DNA of 64,000 nucleotides from Salmo salar. Lineage: Eukaryota. Positions 1 to 12,979 of the stretch are shown one piece after another. A model generated the notes under the pieces. The model had not been told where the DNA came from, ran no database searches, and saw only the letters and a program-made list of their open reading frames with translations. Within the stretch, counting starts at the first letter, position 1. The number at the start of each line of letters is the position of its first letter. Location: the NCBI RefSeq assembly GCF_905237065.1, contig NC_059455.1:34160034-34224033 (forward strand), given 5' to 3'. The position numbers were made by a program, and so were the translations under genes.

Positions 1-718
1 CAGAAAATGGCTTTAGAAGCTTCTGATAGGCTAGACATCACGAGTCAATTGTTGGTGTACCTGTGGATGTATTTCAAAGCCTACCTTCAAACTCAGTAAC
101 TCTTTTCTTGACATCATGGGAAAATCAAAAGAAAGAAAGAAAATTTGGAGACCTCCACAAGTCAGGTTCATCCGTGGGAGCAATTTCCAAACGCCAGAAG
201 GTACCACGTTCATCTGTATAAACAATAGTACGCAAGTATAAACACCATGGGACCACGCAGCCATCATACCGCTCAGGAAGGAGACGTTCTGTCTCCTAGA
301 GATGAACGTACTTTGGTGGGAAAAGTGCAAATCAATCCCAGAACAACAGCAAAGGAACTTGTGAAGATGCTGGAGGAAACAGGTACAAAAGTATCTATAT
401 CGACAGTAAAACGAGTCCTATATCGACATTACCTGAAAGGCCGCTCAGCAAGGAAGAAGCCACTACTCCAAAACCGCCATAAAAAAGCCAGACTACGGTT
501 TGCAACTGCACATGGGGACAAAGATCGTACTTTCTGGATCAATGTCCTCTGGTCTGATGAAACAAAAATATAACTGTTTGGCCATAATGACCATCGCTAT
601 GTTTGGAGGAAAAAGGGGAGACTTGCAAGTCGAAGAACACCATCCCAACCGTGAAGCATGCAGGTGGCAGCATTATGTTGTGGGGTGCTTTGCTGCAGGA
701 GGGACTGGTGATTACCTT
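1..718 (+). mobile_element. Tc1-like transposon (family A), 5'-truncated by the window edge. It carries a transposase pseudo-ORF.
   Basis: ORF 247..573 translates to a Tc1 transposase core ([36 protein letters not shown]...[21 protein letters not shown]). Its nucleotides are near-identical to the full-length copy at 30355..31912. Frame breaks at ~575-720 indicate decay. Confidence 0.8.
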
Positions 719-719
719 G

Positions 720-2425
720 TACATCGTGAACGTAACCCTCGATCCAGTTACTGTAACCTTTCAGTTGGACTGCCCTGAGCAGTCTGTCGTTTTCATCTGC
801 CCATTTATCAATATAAGTTGATGTATGAGAGCATAAGTTGTTCTGGACGACTCACGCTCTCCGTAGCCGATATAAGACCTTCAAACAGGGCAACATTCAC
901 AAGGTCGCAGGGCCAGACGGATTACCAAGATGTGTACTCCGAGCATGCGCTGACCAACTGGCAAGTGTCTTCACTGATATTTTCAACCTGTCCCTGACCG
1001 AGTCTGTAATACCAACATGTTTCAAGCAGACCACCATAGTCCCTGTGCCTAAGAACACCAAGGTAACCTGCCTAAATAACTACCGACCCATAGCACTCAC
1101 GTCTGTAGCCATGAAGTGCTTTGAAAGGCTGGTCATGGCTCACATCAACACCATTATCCCAGAAACCCTAGACTCACTCCAATTTGCATACCGCCCCTAC
1201 ACATCCACAGATGATGCAATCTCTATTGCATTCCACACTGCCCTTTCCCACCTGGACAAAAGGAACTCCTATGTGAGAATGCTGTTCATTGACTACAGCT
1301 CAATAATGCAGCACCATAATGCCCACAAAGCTCATCACTAAGCTAAGGACTCTGGGACAAAACACCTCCCTCTGCAACTGGATCCTGGACTTCCTGATGG
1401 GCCGCCCCCAGGTGGTAAGGGTAGGTAACAACACATCTGCCACACTGATCCTCAACACAGGGGCCCTTCAGGGGTGCGTGCTTAGTCCCCTCCTGTACTC
1501 CATGTTCACCCATGACTGCATGGCCAGGCACGACTCCAACACTATCAATTTTGCCACGACAACAACACAACAGGCCTGATCACCGACAACGAAGAGACCT
1601 GGCAGTGAGGTGCCAGGATAACAAACTCTCCCTCAATGTGATCAAGACAAAGGAGATGATTGTGGACTACAGAAAAAGGAGGACCGAACACGCCCCCATT
1701 ATCATCGACTGGGCTGTAGTGGAGCAAGTTGAGAGCGCCTATTGACATGACAACGCCTATTCCCCCTCAGGAGGCTGAAAAGATTTGGCATGGGTCCTCA
1801 GATCCTCAAATAATTCTACAGCTGCACCATCGAGAGCATCCTGACTGGTTGCATCACGACCTGGTATGCCAACTGCTCGGCCTCCGATTGCAAGGCACTA
1901 CAGAGGGTAGTGCGTACGGCCCAGTACATCACTGGGGCCAAGCTTCTTGCCATCCAGGACCTCTATACCAGGCGGTGTCAGAGGAAGGCCCAAAGAATTA
2001 CCAAAGACTGCAGCCACCCTAGTCATAGACTGTTCTCTCTGCTACCGCACAGCAAGTGGTACCAGAGCGCCAAGTCTAGGTCAAAAAGGCTTCTTAACAG
2101 CTTCTATGACCAAGCCATAAGACTCTTGAACAGTTAATCAAATGGCTACCCGTACTATTTGCATTGTCCCCACCCCCATTTTTACGCTGCTGCTACTCTC
2201 TGTTTATTATCCATGCATAGTCACTTTACTTCTACCTACATGTACATATTACCTCAATTACCTCGACTAACCGGTCACCCCGCACATTTACTCTGTACCG
2301 GAACCCTCTGTATATAGCCTCGCTACAGTTATTTTATTGTTGCTTCTTAATTTCTTTTTTTAACTGCTTTGTTGGTTAAGGGCTTGTAAGTATGCATTTG
2401 TTGTATTTGGCACGTGACAAATAAA
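720..2425 (+). mobile_element. L2/CR1-like LINE, 5'-truncated, comprising reverse transcriptase and 3' UTR.
   Basis: Frame-shifted ORFs 838..2137 carry RT motifs ([82 protein letters not shown]). The 3' end reads '...gacaaataaaattcgatttg'. It is homologous to the copies at 56120..59700 and 62905..63560. Confidence 0.8.
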
Positions 2426-2939
2426 ATTCGATTTGAACAGTTTTAAACTAGTCCACGCCATTGTTTTGACTAGCAACTTCCGGTGGTTTCCCAAGTCAGC
2501 CTGCGTGACTAAAGCGTATTCTAGCCCAACCGGTCGCAAGACAGCGGTATCACAGATTGAACGATGAGAGATATTTCACTAGATGTATAAATGTGAATCA
2601 TCCGGTTGCCGTTTCCACTCACTACCAAATATGGTAGGGAGAGGAAGCCAACTGGCGTGCAATGGGAGAAGATAGAACGAGAAAATTTGCCAACATTCTA
2701 AATAATTTTCCAATCGATTAAACATTTGATCTCAATACAGTTTTTTGTTCACAAAAATAGAACGTTATCAACAGAGTGGACTAAGTTTTGTAGACTTTAC
2801 CTTTTGCAAACGTTGTAAAAAAATCGTGCTGTTTAGGAGCGCACAAGCGTATTGAGTTAATGCACATGCGCACTTCAGAGTAGGTGTTCCCTAACGTTCC
2901 CTTTTTAGGATAAAATTGGAATAGAGCTAAGCACTGGCA

Positions 2940-3430
2940 AAATCCTAGAGTAAATCCTGTCTGTCTGCTTTCCAACAGACACAGGAGACAAGTTCACCTT
3001 TCAGCCTAAAACACAAGACCAAATATACACCGGAGTTGCTTACGAAGACGACATTGAATGTTCCTGAGTGGCCTAGTTACAATTTCGACTGAAATTGGCT
3101 TGAAAATCTACGATCAATGATCAACAACCAACTCGACAACCTTGAAGAATTTTTTAAAGAATAATCTGCACATATTGTACAGCTCTTAGGGACTTACCCA
3201 GAAAGACTCACAGCTGTAATCGTTGCCAAAGGTGACTCAGGTGTGTGAATACTTATGTAAATGAGATATTTCTGTATTTAATTTTCCATAAATTAACTAA
3301 CATTTCAAAAAACATGTTTTCACTTTGTCATCATGGGGTAAAGAGAGTGAGAAATAGCAATTTAATCAATTTTGAATTCAGACTAACACAAAATATGTAA
3401 GTCAAGGGGTATGAATACTGTCTGAGTCAC
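2940..3430 (+). mobile_element. Tc1-like transposon 3' fragment.
   Basis: The C-terminal transposase-like reading and an inverted-repeat-like tail ('...gtgtgtgaatacttatgtaaatgag...gtatgaatactgtctgagtcactgt') resemble the 3' ends of the other Tc1 copies in the window. Confidence 0.4.
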
Positions 3431-3749
3431 TGTATATGCATTTAAATGCACAATGGTAAAATACAAAACACTTTCTTCAACCATTCATAACTCAGGTTAT
3501 ATATGATATTGTCATTTCCATTCTCCACACAACCTAATGAAACCATTCTGAAACGGTGGTATGGTATTTACTAAAGGAAAATAGATAACTTGTATGACAC
3601 ACAGCTGGGGAACAAGGTCGATAAACCAGGTTCATGTAAACTTAATTTCATTATACACTCACAGGCCAGTTTAAAGGTACACCACCGCATTCACAAAAAA
3701 TGGATCGCTCCTAAAGACAGTGGCTTGTTATATAAAGCAGGCAGACAGG

Positions 3750-3945
3750 AGGCATTCAGTTAATTTATTCTTAACTGACTTGCCTAGTTAAATAAAGGTA
3801 AAATAAAAGTTACTGTTTGATTGAATGTTAGAATGGCCAAAACGAGTGACCGAAGCGACTTTGAGCGTGGTATGATCATCTGTGCCAGGCGCGCTGGATC
3901 CACTATCTCAGAAACAACAGCCCAACTGACATGCCTAGTTTAAAA
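3750..3945 (+). mobile_element. Tc1-like 5' fragment, comprising IR and transposase N-terminus.
   Basis: The IR-like 'ttaactgacttgcctagttaaataaagg' is followed by an ORF start, MAKTSDRSDFERGMIICARRAGSTISETTAQLT, which is typical of a Tc1 transposase HTH N-terminus. Confidence 0.4.
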
Positions 3946-3961
3946 AATATATATATATATT

Positions 3962-6425
3962 TCACCTTTATTTAACCAGGTAGGCAAGTTGAGAATAAGT
4001 TCTCATTTACAATTGCGACCTGGCCAAGATAAAGCAGATTGACACATACAACAACACAGAGTTACACATGGAGTAAAACAAACATACAGTCAATAATATA
4101 GTAGAAAAATAAGTCTATATACAAAGTGAGCAAATGAGGTGAGTGAAGGGAGGTAAAGGCAAAAAAGGTCATGGTTGCGAAGTAAATACAATATAGCAAG
4201 TAAAACACTGGAATGGTAGATTTTCAGTGGAACAAAGTGCAAAGTAGAAATAGAAATAATGGGGTGCAAAGGAGCAAAATAAATACAGTAGGGGAAGAGG
4301 TAGTTGTTTGGGATAAATTATAGATGGGCTATGTACAGGTGCAGTAATCTGTGAGCTGCTCTGACAGCTGGTGCTTAAAGCTAGTGAGGGAGATAAGTGT
4401 TTCCAGTTTTAGAGATTTTTGTAGTTCGTTCCAGTCATTGGCAGCAGAGAACTGGAAGGAGAGGCGGCCAAAGGAGGAATTGGCTTTGGGGGTGACCAGA
4501 GAGATATACCTGCTGGAGCGCGTGCTACAGGTGGGTGCTGCTATGGTGACCAGCGAGCTGAGATAAGGGGGAACTTTGCCTAGCAGGGTCTTGTAGATGA
4601 CCTGTAGCCAGTGGGATTGGCAACGAGTATGAAGCGAGGGCCAGCCAACGAGAGCGTACAGGTCACGGTGGTGGGAAGTATATGGGGCTTTGGTGACAAA
4701 ACAGATGGCACTGTGATAGACTGCATCCAATTTATTCAGTAGGGTATTGGAGGCCATTTTGTAAATTACATCGCCGAAGTCAAGGATCGGTAGGATGGTC
4801 AGTTTTACGAGGGTATGTTTAGCAACATGAGTGAAAGATGCGTAGAGGTGGATCAGAGAATCACCAGCAGCAAGAGCATCATCATTGATGTATACAGAGA
4901 AAAGAGTCGGCCCAAGAATTGAACCCTGTGGCACCCCCATAGAGACTGCCAGAGGCCCGGACAACAGGCCCTCCAATTTGACACACTGAACTCTATCAGA
5001 GAAGTAGTTGGTGAACCAGGCGAGGCAATCATTTGAGAAACCAAGGCTGTTGAGTCTGCCGATGAGGATGTGGTGATTGACAGAGTCGAAAGCCTTGGCC
5101 AGGTCAATGAATACGGCTGCACAGTATTGTTTCTTATCGATGGCGGTTAAGATATCGTTTAGGACCTTGAGCGTGGCTGAGGTGCACCCATGACCAGTTC
5201 TGAAACCAGATTGCATAGCAGAGAAGGTGCGGTGGGATTCGAAATGGTTGGTAATCTGTTTGTTGGCTTGGCTTTCGAAGACTTTAGAGAGGCAGGGTAG
5301 GATAGATATAGGTCTGTAGCAGTTTGGGTCAGGAGTGTCCCCCCCTTTGAAGAGGGGGATGACCGCAGCTGCTTTCCAATCTTTGGGAATCTCAGACAAC
5401 ACAAAAGAGAGGTTGAACAGGCTAGTAATAGGGGTTGCAACAATTTCGGCAGATAATTTTAGAAAGAAAGGGCCCAGATTGTCTAGCCCGGCTGATTTGT
5501 AGGGGTCCAGATTTTGCAGCTCTTTCAGAACATCAGCTGACTGGATTTGGGAGAAGGAGAAATGGTGAAGGCCTGGGTGAGTTGCTGTGGGGGGTGCAGT
5601 GCTGTTGACCGGGGTAGGGGTAGCAGGTGGAAAGCATGGCCAGCCGTAGAAAAATGGTTATTGAAATTCTCAATTATAGTGGATTTATCAGTGGTGACAG
5701 AGTTTCCTATCCTCAGTGCAGTGGGCAGCTGGGAGGAGGTGCTCTTATTCTCCAAGGACTTTACAGTGTCCCATAACTTTTTTGAGTTTGTGTTGCAGGA
5801 AGCAAATTTCTGCTTGAAAAAGCTAGCCTTGGCTTTTCTAACTGCCTGTGTATATTGGTTTCTAACTTCCCTGAAAAGTTGCATATCATGGGGGCTGTTC
5901 GATGTTAATGCAGAACGCCACAGGATGTTTTTGTGTTGGTTAAGGGCAGTTAGGTCTGGAGAGAACCAAGGGCTATATCTGTTCCTGGTTCTAAATTTCT
6001 TGAATGGGGCATGCTTATTTAAGATGGTGAGGAAGGCATTATTTTTTTAAATAACCAGGCATTCTCTACTGAAGGGAAGAGGTCAATATCCTTCCAGGAT
6101 ACCCGGGCCAGGTCGATTAGAAAGGCCTGCTCGCTGAAGTGTTTCTGGGAGCGTTTGACAGTGATGAGTGGAGGTTGTTTGACCGCTGACCCATTACGGA
6201 TGCAGGCAGTGATCGCTGAGATCTTGGTTGAAAACAGCAGAGGTGTATTTAGAGGGCAAGTTTGTTAGGATGATATCTATGAGGGTGCCCGTGTTTACGG
6301 CTTTGGGGTGGTACCTGGTAGGTACATTGATAATTTGTGTGAGATTGAGGGCATCAAGCTTAGATTGTAGGATGGCTGGGGTGTTAAGCATGTTCCAGTT
6401 TAGGTCACCTAGCAGCACGGGCTAT
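3962..6425 (-). mobile_element. L2-like LINE of a second subfamily with endonuclease and RT. An (AT)n simple repeat at 3948..3961 abuts the element's 3' tail.
   Basis: Minus ORF 6194..6418 is an APE-type endonuclease (LLGDLNWNMLN...INVPTRY). ORFs 4329..5402 plus 5159..5884 are RT (YRPISILPCLSKVFE, FRTGHGCTSA, AAVFIDLAKAFDSVNH, VPQGSILGPTLFSVYIND). The 3' UTR motif 'cttggccaggtcgcaattgtaaatgagaac..cctggttaaataaagg' ends in (AT)7. Confidence 0.75.
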
Positions 6426-6503
6426 GAAGATAGATGGTTAGTTAAATAAAAAAGCTTGTCAATTTCTAAAAACCTCCGTATTGTATTTTTCACATAGAAA
6501 GTG

Positions 6504-8880
6504 TTACATAAAAACTATGCACTTATGAACTATATGTTCCATCTGGTATGAGACAACAAACTTGTGTGTGGATCCCCTGGGTATGCGGGTATCGTGTACT
6601 GAGACACTGGACTCTCTCCGATGTGAGTTTTCTGATGTGACTTCATACCAGAATGCTGGGGGAAGCATTTCCCGCACTTGTAGGGTTTCTCCCCACTGTG
6701 GATCATGTCTGACCAGGTTGCACAGCTTGGTGAAACTCCTGCCAAACTGTTCGCATGGGTTAACAGTTTCTCTCCGGTGTGACTCCGGAGGTGTTCTTTG
6801 AGCTGGCAGAAGGTGCAGCTGAAACGCCTCTCGGTGGTGCCACCTGATCTCCACTGAGTCCTCATTCTCTTCACCATGTTAAAACTACTGTGACTCAGGC
6901 TGTATCCAGAGAAGGTGGAGGTGGTGGCCATGTTTGACCCTGTCACACACTCACTCAATCTCACTGTTGCTTCTGAAGCCCTGTATTGATGCTACCTTGG
7001 CTGTAGAGCTAAACTATTTCCTTTATTATTTGAGTTTAGCCTCTCACTGCTCTGTCCCTCTGGCATCTGTTGTCTAGTCTCATCAGCCAATGTCCTGACA
7101 TGTATTTTCATGTGTTTTGCAGCACTGAACATGTTAGCATGTGGTTTCCATATAGAAGAGTGAAGCGATGGCCCTACTTCATCTGTCATAGTAGAAACAG
7201 ATGGCAGCCCACTATGAGATGGGAAAATTGAGATATTCTGAGAGTACTCTTCTGCGGAATGAAAGGAGAAATCTGGGTGGCCATCAGGGTCAGTGTCTCT
7301 GCCTGGATCCACAGAGGTCCACAGCTGCCCATCAGACTCATCCATAACAAACTGGTCAGGACCTGCCAGGGTCGTGGTCTGATCCAGCTCCTCCTCTTTC
7401 ACCATCACTAGGTCTAGGAAGTCCTCGTCCTCATCTGGCTGGTGCTGCTCTGAACACCTTTGTAGATGCGAGCTGGGGTGTGCCTGGTTCCTCTGGACGA
7501 TCAGAATTGGGGTAATGTTTTACTGAGTGTTCAGGAGATATGTTGGGTTGTGTGATGAAGTCCTCATCACAGTGCTGTTGCTCAAAGGATGGTGGTTTCC
7601 CAGGCTTGAAACCAGATTCTAAAGATTTGGGTATAAACATTAAGAAACATTACAAAAGACCCTTAACAGTTGCAAAACATGACTGCTTTAGAACTGACAC
7701 CACACCCACACAGTCTTCCATAGACAGACAGAGCAGTGCCCCTTATGGTCACACCCACCCTCTCCAGTGATCCTGAGCTCTTCCTGAAAATCAGTCTTCC
7801 ACACATCCTCTGTCTCCTCATCTTTGATCAGTATGGGTTCAGTCTCCACTCTCTGCTCCACATCTGTAGGCTGTAACAGGGACTGAGGTTATTACTCTGG
7901 ACACACACCATATATGCATTTATATTACCTTTATTCAACCAGGAAAATCCCATTGAGACACAGTCTATTTTGCAAGGGAGACCTGGCCAAGAAGGCAGCA
8001 GCAATCAATACATTACAACACTTAAAACATACAATACAATCCAGCCTACAGGAAACATTTACACTCCTCCTGAACAGAGTTTTGTACTAGAGTTTTAAAG
8101 TAATTGAGAGGCACTAGACTACTACATCTAGTTGAAGCATACTTTGTAGAAAATGTCATGCCTCTGGTGCACAATAAAGAAGGCAGTCTTGCCTAACTCA
8201 GTAACAGCCCTGGGGACTTTAAGCGGAAACCACCTAGTAGACCGGGTCTGGTAACTGCTAGCGATGAAGAAAAGCAGGTTACAGAGATAAAGAGGGAGTT
8301 TACCCAGAAGGGGTATATGAACATATATCTAACACTTTTCATACTCATGAATCACACAAAAGCAAAAACATTCTACTGATAATCCAATATCAGAATTGAT
8401 CCAAGAGGCCAGCCAGGTCTCTGTAATTGTAAAAGGTGATGTATCACACCTGGGGTTGAGAGTCCTCCTCAACAGCCAGCTCTTCGTCTCTGCACTGTGA
8501 GGTACTCCTCTGCTTGTTCAAAACAATCTTGACTGGATATGAAGATCTCTCTGATGCCATGAGGTAAAAAAAGGGAAAATAATTGTGTTCAGTCAAATAT
8601 TAGGGCTATTCACACATTTGCTTTTTGCATATACAATCAATTTAACATAAATAACACAACTACCTTGTCTCCTGACTCGTCCTCGTGTCTTCTTCAGCTC
8701 GCTCTCCATCATTTGACACTTCCTTTTCAGTACATCAATATCTCGCTGACTTTGGACCATTTCCAAAAGTATAACAGCACAGCTATCATCTACACGATTG
8801 TTTATTTCTGTTAGAGCTGCTTTATTTAGCCAATACCTCCAGAATGGATACCAACTGCGCCTGAAAATTGCTGCTGGACA
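6504..8880 (-). pseudogene. Decayed tandem paralog (gene A) of the C2H2 zinc-finger gene B.
   Basis: Exon-1, exon-2 and exon-3 homologs of gene B are all present, at 8665..8878, ~7745..7875 and 6530..7440. The exon-1 homolog has an in-frame TAA after 'MSSSNFQAQLVSILEVLAK' plus a frameshift. The finger region has deletions and frameshifts, reading '[29 protein letters not shown]' where gene B has '[38 protein letters not shown]'. The body is split into ORFs 6530..6964 and 6992..7408. A ~440 bp insertion sits in intron 1 (7900..8340), and the upstream promoter region differs from gene B. Confidence 0.6.
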
Positions 8881-9399
8881 TAATGTCCAGCCCAAATTAC
8901 AGATTTGTATTCTCTGTGTGAAGTGAATAGTTGACAATTTCCAAGCTAATGTGCAATAAACAATCCGTAGCAGTTGATAAAAGGCAACTATGTGACCGTG
9001 TTCGAGAGCATCAAAACAGTGATGTATCATGGGTAAATTGTGACTGACTGATATACAAATAATATTGAGTAGTTATTTATGTTGCAATGTTTTTTGTAGA
9101 TCAGTCAGTCTCCACACGCTAGTAATGGCATCTTTATGTGGGCAGAATACGAATGGAGGTTTTTTGGGGGGGATAAATGCCAAAAATAAGGTATATGGTA
9201 GACACAGGCGTATAAGATCTTATGTTTTGTTCTATAAAATATTCTTAATCAGCTAACGTCACTATGTGAATGTATGTAATTTTAAAAAAGCACATAAAGG
9301 CTTTATAATTCATAAATGGCATGTTAACTGACTGCGGTTATCTCATAGAGCAAAATGTAGAAGATCTCCTAAGCCTGTGTTAACCCTCAGACCTTATTT

Positions 9400-9717
9400 T
9401 TGGCATTTATCCCAAAACCCTATTCTTTCGCCATTAATTTTTCCTGTAGGGATGGCTGGGTTTTGGGACTACAAGCGAACTGGAACAAAGTCACGTTGTC
9501 TGGGAAATATTGTGTATCTAATAAGATGAAAGAAGTATCATACAAACTCATTCACAGAATCTACCCTCTAAAGACCTTTATTGTACACAGATTCAAAATT
9601 GCTATTGATAACAAATGTGTATTTTGTGGTTGTGACCCAGAGACTCTTGACCATTTATTTTGGGACTGTTCTTATGCCACAAGATTTTGGAGTGAGTTAG
9701 ATTTTATTTTAAAATAA
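9400..9717 (+). mobile_element. Retroelement fragment, the C-terminal zinc-binding (zf-RVT-like) tail of a LINE ORF2.
   Basis: The ORF ends ...KIAIDNKCVFCGCDPETLDHLFWDCSYATRFWSEL. The CxxC...HLFxxC...W pattern is typical of LINE ORF2 C-terminal zinc knuckles. It is isolated, with no flanking RT. Confidence 0.35.
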
Positions 9718-9977
9718 CCTACAAATTATATGGACCCCCGATGTAACTTTCATTGTAAGTTTATTTTTCATGGCAGATTCTTTATCCATTCACATTGTTA
9801 TGGAAAGAATTGAACCATTTTGAAACGATCTGTAAGTGTAAAAACAAAAAAGCAATATGTACCATAAAACTTTAAAACGCAACATGTAACAATTTCAAAG
9901 ATTTTACTGAGTTAGAGTTTATATAAGGAAATCAATCAATTGACCCCAAAAAAATCATTAAATCTCTGAATTTCATC

Positions 9978-10110
9978 ATGACTGGGAATACAGATATGCA
10001 TCTGTTGGTCACAGATTCCTTTAAAAAAAAAAAAAAAAGGCAGGGGTGTGGATCAGGAAAACCGTCAGTATCTGGTGTGACCACCAATTTACTAACATTT
10101 CTGAAAATGG
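9978..10110 (+). mobile_element. Terminal fragment of Tc1-like family F.
   Basis: 'gactgggaatacagatatgcatctg...cagtatctggtgtgaccaccaatt' matches 46330..46430 of the family F element at 46256..47706. Confidence 0.45.
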
Positions 10111-10823
10111 ATATAGTGTTTTGGAATAAAACTTCATATACACTCCCCTATTTATTTAGAAAGTGAAGCTAAAACTTTTCATTTGGCTCTATACTCCAGC
10201 ATTTTGGATTTAATATCAAATATTTTATGAGGTGACCTTTTATTTGAGGGTATTTTCGTACATAAATTATTTTACCGTTTAGAAATGTATGACCTTTATC
10301 TAGTCCCCCCATGAAAGTTTCATAAGTATTTAGAAAATTTACTTAGAGTATTACATTGTCAAAAGTTTAGTATTTGGTCCCATAGTCCTAGCACGCAATG
10401 ACTACAACATGCATGTGACTACAAACTTGTTGGAAACATTAGCATTTTTTGTGTTTGGATCGAAAATGTGTCAATAAAGCAGTGAATTGGGAGCATAAAC
10501 AGTGTGAAGGGCCTTCCTCATCTGTACATGTATTTTTTCTTGGCCCAGCACATTTAAGGATGTGCGTATGCCCAACTTGTCTATAGTCATTATGTTGTGC
10601 CCAATAGAAATTAAAAGTAAATAATGTAGTGTGTCATTTTGGAGTCATTTTCATTGCAAATTAGAATATATTGTTTGTTTTTAAATAAATAAATTATCAT
10701 TTTATAAGTGAGGAGCCGTTAACAGTCAAACATGAACACCATTTTACCTTCTGCACCACATTTACCCATAAAGTGATACAGAAAGAACTATGCAATTATT
10801 AACTATTTGTTCCATCTGTTCTG

Positions 10824-11943
10824 AGACTACATTAAACTTGTGTGTTGATCCCCTGGGTATGCGGGTATCATGTACTGAGACACTGGACTCTCTCCTATGT
10901 GAGTTCTCTGATGTGACTTCATACCGGAGCGCTGGGGGAAGCATTTCCCACACTGTGTGCACTTGTAGGGCTTCTCTCCACTGTGGACCACAGCATGTCT
11001 GATCAAGTTGCACTGTTTGGTAAAACTCCTGCCACACTGTTCACAGGTGTACGGTTTCTCTCCAGTGTGACTTCGGAGGTGTTCTTTTAGCTGCCAGAAA
11101 CGCGGGAAGCTCTTCCCACAGAAGGTGCAGCTGAAACACCTCTCGGTGGTGCCGCCTGATCTCCACTGAGTCCTCATTCTCTTCACCATGTTAAAACTAC
11201 TGCGACTCAGGCTGTATCCAGAGAAGGTGGAGGTGGTGGCCATGTTTGACCCTGTCGTGCACTCACTCAATCTCACTGTTGCTCCTGAAGCCCTGTATTG
11301 ATGCAGTCTTGGCTGTAGAGCTAAACTATTTCCATCATTATTTGAGTTCAGCATCTCACTGCTCTGTCCCTCTGGCATCTGTTGTCTAGTCTCATCAGCT
11401 AATGTCCTGACATGTCTTGTCATGTGTTTTGCAGCACTGAACATGTTAGCATGTGGTTTCCATATAGAAGAGTGAAGCGATGGCCCTACTTCATCTGTCA
11501 TAGTAGGAACAGATGGCAGCCCACTATGAGATGGGAAAATTGAGATATTCTGAGAGTACTCTTCTGTGGAATGAAAGGAGAAATCTGGGTGGCAGACAGG
11601 GTCAGTGTCTCTGCCTGGATCCACAGAGGTCCACAGCTGCCCATCAGACTCATCCATGACAAACTGGTCAGGACCTGCCAGGGTCGTGGTCTGATCCAGC
11701 TCCTCCTCTTTCACCATCACTAGCTCTAGTGAGTCCTCATCTGGCCGGTGCTGCTCTGCGCTGAACACCTCTGTAGATGTGAGCTGGGGTGTTCCTGGTT
11801 CCTCTGGACGATCAGAATTGGGGTAATGTTCCACTGAGTCTCTGGGAGATATATTGGGTTGTGTGATGAAGTCCTCATCACAGTGCCGTTGCTCAAAGGA
11901 TGGTGGTTTCCCAGGCTTGAAACCAGACTCTAAAGATTTGGAG
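10824..11943 (-). CDS. Zinc-finger gene B, last coding exon. It has a linker region plus three C2H2 fingers, with the stop at 10824..10826.
   Basis: ORF 10827..11987 reads (...SLESGFKPGKPP...[84 protein letters not shown]...). The acceptor is at '...tctccaaatctttag|agtctgg'. Confidence 0.65.
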
Positions 11944-12100
11944 ATAAACATAAAATAGAGATGACAAAAAACCCTTAACAGTTGCAAAATATGACTGCTT
12001 TAGAACTGACTGTGTGTATGTGCACTCCATACGCCAGAACATAAAACACCAATGTAATTTGGAAAGTGCATACCACCATACCCACACAGTCTTCCATAGA

Positions 12101-12242
12101 CAGACAGAGCAGTACCCCTTATGGTCACACCCACCCTCTCCAGTGATCCTGAGCTCTTCCTGAGGGTCAGTCTTCCACACATCCTCTGCTGTCTCCTCAT
12201 CTTTGATCAGTATGGGTTCAGTCTCCACTCTCTGCTCTACAT
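12101..12242 (-). CDS. Zinc-finger gene B, exon 2, an acidic linker.
   Basis: The minus-strand translation is (D)VEQRVETEPILIKDEETAEDVWKTDPQEELRITGEGG. The acceptor is 'cctacag|at' and the donor lies near 'GG|gtgtga'. It is conserved in gene A at ~7745..7875. Confidence 0.55.
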
Positions 12243-12629
12243 CTGTAGGCTGTAACAGGGACTGAGGTTATTACTCTGGAAACACCATGTGTAATGCTTT
12301 TCATACTCATGAATCACACAAAAGCAGTAAATTGTCCTGATATTCCAATATCAGAATTGATCCAAGAGGTTAGGTCTCTGTCATTTTAAAATGTGATGTA
12401 TCACACCTTGGGTTGAGAGTCCCCTTCAACAGCCATCTTGCTGTCTCTCCACTGTGAACTACTCCTCTGCTTGTTTAAAACTATCTTGACTGGATATGAA
12501 GATCTCTCTGGTGCCATGGGATAAAAAACGGGAAAATACTAGTAATTGTATTCAGTCAAATATTAGGGCTATTCACACATTTACGTTTTGCATATGCAAT
12601 CAGTTTAACATGAATAACACATCAACTAC

Positions 12630-12843
12630 CTTTTCTCCTGACTCGTCCTCGTGTCTTCTTCAGCTCGCTCTCCATCATTTGCCACTTCCTTTTCAGTACA
12701 TCAATATCTCGCTGGCTTTGGGTCATTTCCATACGTATAACAGCACAGCTATCATCAACACGATTGTTTATTTCGGCTAAAGCTGCTTTAGCTAATACCT
12801 CCATAATGGATATAAACTGCGCCTGAAAATTGCAGCTGGCCAT
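12630..12843 (-). CDS. Zinc-finger gene B, exon 1, with ATG at 12841..12843. It encodes the shared N-terminal domain.
   Basis: Translation is MASCNFQAQFISIMEVLAKAALAEINNRVDDSCAVIRMEMTQSQRDIDVLKRKWQMMESELKKTRGRVRRK. The donor is 'aaaag|gtagttg' with phase 1. The same domain opens gene 3, MFQQNMTNCVTFQTKLSSVMDVLAKAAVAEISKMFDDGFAVLRLEM..ENEIESLKRQL. Confidence 0.65.
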
Positions 12844-12971
12844 CTTGTCCAGCCCAAATTACAGATTTGTATTTTCTGTGTTAAGTAAAGTCTACAATTT
12901 CCAACCTAATGTTCAATAAACAAGCCGTAGATGTCGACAAATTAAAACAACGCGTGATGCGTGCGCAATTG

Positions 12972-12979
12972 CACTTCCG
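12972..12979 (-). promoter_or_regulatory. ETS/GABP-like core (CGGAAGTG in gene orientation), ~135 bp upstream of the gene B ATG.
   Basis: The plus strand 'cacttccg' corresponds to CGGAAGTG on the gene strand. A matching 'cgcggaagt' lies ~90 bp upstream of the gene 3 ATG. This is a motif match only. Confidence 0.25.

Noticed and set aside
5547-6050. 167-aa plus-strand ORF.
   Set aside because: It is the antisense read-through of the minus-strand LINE RT/EN region, and its translation has no recognisable motifs.
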